Source: Candidatus Gottesmanbacteria bacterium RIFCSPLOWO2_01_FULL_42_22 (lineage in GTDB: Bacteria > Patescibacteriota > Microgenomatia > 2-02-FULL-39-11). Taken from it: a DNA stretch of 64,000 nt. A model generated the notes under the pieces. It saw only the letters and a list, made by a program, of their open reading frames with translations, made no database searches and had not been told where the DNA came from. Positions within the stretch are counted from its first letter, which is position 1. Each line of letters begins with the position of its first letter. The stretch lies in assembly GCA_001779315.1 (NCBI GenBank), contig MFJU01000028.1:614-64613 (forward strand), read 5' to 3'. Positions 58,471-64,000 of the stretch are shown here, one piece after another. A program made the translations under genes and the position numbers.

Positions 58471-58865
58471 TTTACCTCTTCGGCTAACGGCCTGGTCTGG
58501 ACCAGTTGAAAATAATTGCCGTCGGGATCGACAAAAGTGGCTATTTTGCCGTAATCCTGGACATGGTAGATATCCTGGATTTTTTTGACTTTGGCCTTTT
58601 CCAATCGTACTACTTCCTTTTCGATATTATCGACCTCGAAATTGATCATATACCTTTCCGGCTCCTTGTTTTTGCCTTCAACTTTGTCGTGGTGCATGAC
58701 TACTAAATAAGGGCCCTTGCCCGGATTGAATCCGACAAATACGTCTTCATCATCCCCATACTCCCCCTCCATCCCGACTTTCAGCCCCAGAGTATCCTTG
58801 TAAAACTTGGACAATTTTTCCGGATTTTCGGAAAAAAGGAGGATTGATTCTATCCTTTTGATCAT
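58467..58865 (-). CDS. VOC/glyoxalase-family protein
   Basis: FYKDTLGL, INFEVDNI, FVDPDGNYFQL. Confidence 0.9.
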   Translation of the reverse strand: MIKRIESILLFSENPEKLSKFYKDTLGLKVGMEGEYGDDEDVFVGFNPGKGPYLVVMHHDKVEGKNKEPERYMINFEVDNIEKEVVRLEKAKVKKIQDIYHVQDYGKIATFVDPDGNYFQLVQTRPLAEEVN

Positions 58866-59047
58866 TTAATTATTTTTCTCCCAATAAATATTGATAATTA
58901 TCTATATATAAAACATTTAATGATAGAAAACAAGATGATAATAGGCCCAATATTATCCTCAATGGAACGGAAATCGATGGCTGGAACCTATGGCAAACAG
59001 CGCGAAATAAACTAACAACCTACGGTCGGGGATCTTAGTCATGTGCT

Positions 59048-60946
59048 TTAGAGGGTTTGGACAGCTTTAATGATGGCTTTGGCATCTATACCTTCTAAAG
59101 CCAGAAGTTCGGCGGGTTTGCCGCTTCTGGGCATTTTGCTGACAGCCAATTTGGTAATTTTGACATTGGGATCGGAAGCGAAGACATTTAAGACAGCATC
59201 GCCCAATCCCCCTTCGAACCAGTGGTCTTCGACGGTTATGACTTGGGCCGTCCCAACGCCATTTGCCCCGAAAGCTTTCGGGGGCCTTGCGAGGCTGGAT
59301 AGGGTTTTAGCATCGATGGGTTTTATGGAGTAACAATCAACTACTGTCACTCCAATCCCCACTTTGGCTAATTCCTCTTGGGCTTTGAGGGCTTCGAAGA
59401 GAGTAACGCCGGCAGCAATAATCAGTATTCGGATTTCGGATTTCGGATTTCGGATTTTTGGCAAGTGGATTTTGCAGCCTCCAATAGGAAATTCCTCATT
59501 GTTGTCATATATAACGGAAGTGGCCGGACGGGAGGTCCTTAGATAACTGATACACTGGCAATTGATCATTTCTTCGACCAATTTCTCGGTTGAAACGGCA
59601 TCGGCAGGATAGAGAACGGTAGAGCCGTTGACCGCCCGGAACATGGCCAAATCCTCCAAACCCATTTGTGACGGTCCGTCCTCGCCGATTGAGACGCCGG
59701 CATGGGAGCCGCATATTTTGATATTTGCTCCCGAGACAGCAGCCATGCGGATCTGGTCGAAACCTCGGGTCAGGAAAGCGGCAAAAGTGGAGACAAAAGG
59801 AATATAGCCTAATTTGGCAAAGCCTACGGCCGCCCCGACCATGTTCTGCTCGGCAATAAACATTTCAAAAAAGCGGCCGGGATATTTCGCCTGGAATATT
59901 TCGGCATAGGTCGAATTTTTGACATCGCCGTCTAATGAAACCAATAAGGGATATTTCTCCCCCAGCCTGGCCAGGGCATTACCGTATGCCTTGCGTGTAG
60001 CCGCCGAATCTCCGGTTTTGTATTTGGTGTTCGGTATTTGGACGGTGGTATTTTTTTTGTTTTTAATAGCCGGTGCCGCTTTAGCTACTTCACCGCGCAG
60101 ATTTAAATCAACTTTTCCCAATTCTTTTAAGGCTTTTACCAAATCCTCCGGAGCAAGCGGCTTGCCGTGCCAACCCTCCTTGTTTTCGATAAAAGAGACG
60201 CCTTTGCCTTTGACGGTTTTGGCGATGATGACTGTCGGCTGTTTGACTGTTGATGACTGGATTTTTTGGAAAGCTTGGCTGATTTGATTCAGATTGTGGC
60301 CGTCCAAAACTTCTGTTTGCCAGCCGAAAGCTTTGAAACGTTTTTCATAAACTTGCGTATCCCAGCCCAGCATCGTCTCCCGGCTTTGGCCTAAGCGGTT
60401 GACATCGAGGATGGCGGTAAGGTTGTTTAACTTGTAATATGACGCAAGATTAACAGCTTCCCAAACTGATCCTTCGGCCATTTCCCCGTCTCCTAAGAGA
60501 ACAAAAACCCGGGGCAGGCTTTTTATGGAAGGCAGATTTTCATTATACTTTCTGATGGCCAGTGCCATACCGAATCCGATGGATAGCCCCTGACCGAGAC
60601 TGCCGGTGGCTACTTCGGTAAATTTGAAACGGGGTGTCGGATGGCCCTCAAGCGGCGAATCGATGCGGCGCAGGCTTTTTATTTCTGTTTCAGTAATTTG
60701 ATTGGCTGCCAGAAATAACGAATAATAAAGGGGCGAGGCATGACCTTTGGAAAAAATCAGGCGGTCGTTGGCTAAATTCTCTGGTTTATCAAAATCAAAA
60801 TGATAGAACCGGCCGAACATCAAAACCGTCATCAGATCAGCAGCGGAAAGTGACGAGGTCGGATGGCCGCTCCCGGCTGATGAAGAAGAAACCAGGCTGT
60901 AATATCTTACTAATTTAGCTAAAGCCGACAGTCTAGCAGTATTCAT
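59048..60946 (-). CDS. tkt: Transketolase
   Basis: SGHPTSS, SKGHA, TGSLGQG, GDGEMAEG, IAEQNM, GEDGPSQ. Confidence 0.96.
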   Translation of the reverse strand: MNTARLSALAKLVRYYSLVSSSSAGSGHPTSSLSAADLMTVLMFGRFYHFDFDKPENLANDRLIFSKGHASPLYYSLFLAANQITETEIKSLRRIDSPLEGHPTPRFKFTEVATGSLGQGLSIGFGMALAIRKYNENLPSIKSLPRVFVLLGDGEMAEGSVWEAVNLASYYKLNNLTAILDVNRLGQSRETMLGWDTQVYEKRFKAFGWQTEVLDGHNLNQISQAFQKIQSSTVKQPTVIIAKTVKGKGVSFIENKEGWHGKPLAPEDLVKALKELGKVDLNLRGEVAKAAPAIKNKKNTTVQIPNTKYKTGDSAATRKAYGNALARLGEKYPLLVSLDGDVKNSTYAEIFQAKYPGRFFEMFIAEQNMVGAAVGFAKLGYIPFVSTFAAFLTRGFDQIRMAAVSGANIKICGSHAGVSIGEDGPSQMGLEDLAMFRAVNGSTVLYPADAVSTEKLVEEMINCQCISYLRTSRPATSVIYDNNEEFPIGGCKIHLPKIRNPKSEIRILIIAAGVTLFEALKAQEELAKVGIGVTVVDCYSIKPIDAKTLSSLARPPKAFGANGVGTAQVITVEDHWFEGGLGDAVLNVFASDPNVKITKLAVSKMPRSGKPAELLALEGIDAKAIIKAVQTL

Positions 60947-61016
60947 AAATCACATTATAAAACATGAATAGGTAAATTGAACAGAAGAAGCTGGAATGTA
61001 TAGATTTGTATTTATT

Positions 61017-61658
61017 TTATGCCTGACCCTGTATAGATTCTATGATTGATTCTATCGCCTTTTTTATATCAGGGGCGTTGAAAAGATAGGAATTGGAGTT
61101 AATGCGGCTGGCCCCTGCACTGATGACTTTGGCGGCATTTTCGGCAGTCATCGCCCCGTCAACACAGATGGGCAGGTCAAAAAAAGCTTCTTTGATTTTT
61201 TTTATTTTATCTTCCGTTGCCGGCATATAGGGTTGGCCTGAAAAACCGGCCTTGATGGCCATGATCAAGACTGCGTCGATATTATCAAGATAAGGCGCAA
61301 TTTTTTCATAAGGGGTAGGACCGTCAATGGCCAAGCCGACCTCGATGTTTTTTTTATAAGCTTCGGCCATAAAATCATCAATACCTTCGGCTTCGATATG
61401 GGCATAAATGCGTTTAAAACCGCTATCAGCATATACGGCTACCAATTTTGCAGGTTCTTTTACCATCAGATGGACTTCCAGATTTAATTTGGTCTTAAGA
61501 TTTTTAAAGGAGGAGGGATCGGTTTTGCTGTCATTGGGAACCAGGAGGCCGTCTGCCACATCAATTTGCACCCATTCCACCAGGTTTTCCACTAAGCGGA
61601 TCTTTTTCTCTATTTCTGAAAAATCCTTTTCCAAAATCGCCGGAATTACTTCTACCAT
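61017..61658 (-). CDS. rpe: Ribulose-phosphate 3-epimerase
   Basis: QIDVADG, EVHLMV, GFSGQ, VDG. Confidence 0.92.
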   Translation of the reverse strand: MVEVIPAILEKDFSEIEKKIRLVENLVEWVQIDVADGLLVPNDSKTDPSSFKNLKTKLNLEVHLMVKEPAKLVAVYADSGFKRIYAHIEAEGIDDFMAEAYKKNIEVGLAIDGPTPYEKIAPYLDNIDAVLIMAIKAGFSGQPYMPATEDKIKKIKEAFFDLPICVDGAMTAENAAKVISAGASRINSNSYLFNAPDIKKAIESIIESIQGQA

Positions 61659-61725
61659 TAATTAATTCAGAATAGCAAACAAATCGCAAGTTGAAAAGAA
61701 GGGAAAGATATGACAAGATAAATAT

Positions 61726-62679
61726 ATGTTCAGGTTGAAACAGGCCAAAACTAAATTAATGGTAGTGCAAATACTGGCTATAGTTCCATTCCTGCTGTTT
61801 ATCTTCTATTTATTTGACCTCTGGTTCCAAACCAACCGCAGCAATGTCCTAGAAGAAAATTTAAACCAGGCTAAACTGCTAGCTCTGTATATTAATGACA
61901 ACCTTAATCACGGTTTAAAATTAGCAAAGTCTGTAGCCAGATCGCCTGACTTTATGAATATATATAACAATAATCCGGAACTGGTAAGACGTACCATCCG
62001 ATCGTTGGTTGATAACAATCCGGAACTGAGTAGTATGTACATTTTGAATAAGGAAGGAATAGTTATCCAGTTTGAATCGTCAATGCAAGTTAATAATGCC
62101 ATCGGTACATCAGTAACTGATCGCGATTATTACCAGCAAATAATGGAAACGCATAAAAGCTATGTTTCGGATCCGTTAGTCGGCAAACTGACAGGTACGA
62201 AAATTGTCACTATGGGTGATCCGGTCATCGTCGACAATGAAGTTGCAGCTATTGTTGTCTCATCAATAGATTTGAAAAAATTGACAAAACAAATGGAAAA
62301 ACACATGGAGACAAAGGGCTTAAAATACATTTATATTTTGGATAAAAAGGGAAATCTAACCGTATCCCCCTTTAGTGACAATATAGAGGTCGATAATCAA
62401 GAAATATTTAAAAATGAAGCTTTCTTTAATGAAGTTTCCAAAGGTAATGATGTCCTATTGGATAATAAAACTATGCCTATATTAAATGATAATGTACTCG
62501 GGGCTGCGGTCAGGGTCGAAGATTTCGGCTGGACAGTCATAAGTTTTCAAAGAACAATTGATATATTTTCTCCCCTGTTTAAAGTCCAAGCTGTTTCCTG
62601 GTTGATAATACTCTGCTCGCTTTCATTTGCCATTTTGGTTATTTCCTATCATCTCAAAAAAATAAGAATCATTTTTTAA
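61726..62679 (+). CDS. Stand-alone dCache sensor (TM-dCache-TM, no cytoplasmic output domain)
   Basis: DRDYYQ...YVSDPLVGKLTG, YILDKKG, GWTV; stop follows TM2 closely. Confidence 0.82.
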   Translation: MFRLKQAKTKLMVVQILAIVPFLLFIFYLFDLWFQTNRSNVLEENLNQAKLLALYINDNLNHGLKLAKSVARSPDFMNIYNNNPELVRRTIRSLVDNNPELSSMYILNKEGIVIQFESSMQVNNAIGTSVTDRDYYQQIMETHKSYVSDPLVGKLTGTKIVTMGDPVIVDNEVAAIVVSSIDLKKLTKQMEKHMETKGLKYIYILDKKGNLTVSPFSDNIEVDNQEIFKNEAFFNEVSKGNDVLLDNKTMPILNDNVLGAAVRVEDFGWTVISFQRTIDIFSPLFKVQAVSWLIILCSLSFAILVISYHLKKIRIIF

Positions 62680-63056
62680 CGGTTTTTAATTCATTCCCAT
62701 TTTTTAAACCTATAATTATCTTCCGCTGATGGAAATTAATCCTGGCTGTATTTGATCATTACAACAGTCTGCATTTAATCAGGTAAGTCTCCTAAAGCAT
62801 AATATCTTTACCTCAAAGACTAATATTGAATAAGTTTAATGAACAATTAATAGTTTTTAATTGACAGGACTTGACAAAATTCTAATTTTTATTTTATTGT
62901 TAGTTAAGAGGAGGAAAAGACCAAATCTATCCATTACTAGCCTCATATTTCTGATCGAATCTATACATTTGACCTCTAATTATCTTTAAGGATCAGGCAG
63001 ACCCATAAAGATAAATAAAAAGGCTCAACCTGAGCAGGGTGGGCTAAAATTTCTAA

Positions 63057-64000
63057 ATGCTTAGTCCTAAGTCTGGTCGTGATCAGAAACTGATCTATTC
63101 AATCGGTGAGGCAGCCGCATTCCTCGGCGTGTCGATCATGACCCTAAGGAGATGGACGAAGAGCGGAAAGATTCACTTTATTAAGACACCAGGAGGTTTC
63201 CGCAGATTTCCGCATGACGAACTGGTCAGAATAAAAAAGTACGGGTTAAATTCCAAACCTGTCTTCACTTTATCCCAAGCAACCAATGAATTGGGAGTTT
63301 CACGTCAAACTTTAAAAAGATGGAAAAAGTCAGGTAAAATCAAATGGTATCAAGCTGCCCATCGAATACTTTTCCCGAAAGAAGAAGTAGATGCTTTAAA
63401 ACATAAGTCTGAAAGTACTTACACTTCACCTTCACATGATTATCTTCATTTAGGCGCCATATTGTCTTCACTGTTTGTTTTTTATTTGGTTTTTGTAAAT
63501 TTAGCTACAGAAATAAAGGTAGCAGGTATATCTGCAATCCCCCGGCCTCTGGCTGGTGCTATTTCAACATTAATTGTGCCATTCAATCCTAAATTGGCAG
63601 CAGATATCTCCTCAAGAATCAAACCGGCGGATCTTTCTTTTGCTCAATATGCCCAACCATCTGAAATTTCAGGAAACCCTGACATCACAGTCTTATCACG
63701 GACAGAAAATGAGTCTCAGGACAATGCTGTAAATCCTGGAATTAAGGGAGAAGAAGGTATCACTGGCCAAACTGGAGCAACCGGAGAGACCGGGGTACAG
63801 GGAGCAACCGGACCTTCTGGTCTGACAGGTGTTTCGGGAAGTGCGGGAGCCGCAGGGGCATCAGGAATTTCAGGGGCTACCGGTCCGACAGGAGCTGATG
63901 GTGAAAAAGGAATCCAAGGAGCTACCGGTCCGACAGGAACTGCCGGAACTGAAGGATCTCAAGGTCCGACTGGTTCAACCGGAAGTACCGGTGTAACAGG
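63057..64000 (+). CDS. Tandem MerR-like HTH + TM + collagen-like repeat surface protein (partial, runs off the window)
   Basis: Translated by hand with no stop: [19 protein letters not shown]...[28 protein letters not shown] helix, continuous Gly-X-Y from ~63738. Confidence 0.9.
   Translation, partial: MLSPKSGRDQKLIYSIGEAAAFLGVSIMTLRRWTKSGKIHFIKTPGGFRRFPHDELVRIKKYGLNSKPVFTLSQATNELGVSRQTLKRWKKSGKIKWYQAAHRILFPKEEVDALKHKSESTYTSPSHDYLHLGAILSSLFVFYLVFVNLATEIKVAGISAIPRPLAGAISTLIVPFNPKLAADISSRIKPADLSFAQYAQPSEISGNPDITVLSRTENESQDNAVNPGIKGEEGITGQTGATGETGVQGATGPSGLTGVSGSAGAAGASGISGATGPTGADGEKGIQGATGPTGTAGTEGSQGPTGSTGSTGVT

Noticed and set aside
1-64000. CRISPR array, diversity-generating retroelement or retron
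   Set aside because: No regularly spaced repeats, cas genes or reverse transcriptase motifs seen; the few Rhs-core mismatches do not look like DGR adenine mutagenesis.

Overview
This window looks like a reduced-genome Patescibacteria (CPR) chromosome segment, probably Microgenomates. That assignment is an inference from gene style, the atypical L1, many secreted Pro/Cys-rich ORFans, heptamer repeats and the MerR-HTH/collagen fusion. Housekeeping content: tRNA-Trp, rnhB, galU, galT-like, secE-nusG-rplK-rplA-rplJ-rplL (split by insertions, no rpoB following), transaldolase, transketolase and rpe. Accessory content: a large serine recombinase at the tRNA-Trp 3' end, several intact and decayed toxin-antitoxin loci, cell-wall hydrolase modules, an Rhs/YD locus, a Fic protein and a SipW/TasA-like operon. 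Most notable observations: (1) the recombinase sits in nested inverted repeats (~97 bp and 21 bp); the left 97-bp copy holds an alternative C-terminus, and a two-state RNA-like structure lies upstream. (2) The Rhs system is split: the SpvB/YD shell lacks the Rhs core, and two separate signal-peptide-bearing genes supply core-plus-payload proteins. (3) Two nucleoside deoxyribosyltransferase-RHH paralogs flank ORFans. (4) A tandem MerR-HTH / membrane / collagen protein, missed by the ORF track, runs off the right edge. No CRISPR array, reverse transcriptase or rRNA was seen. All calls were made by eye, without database searches.
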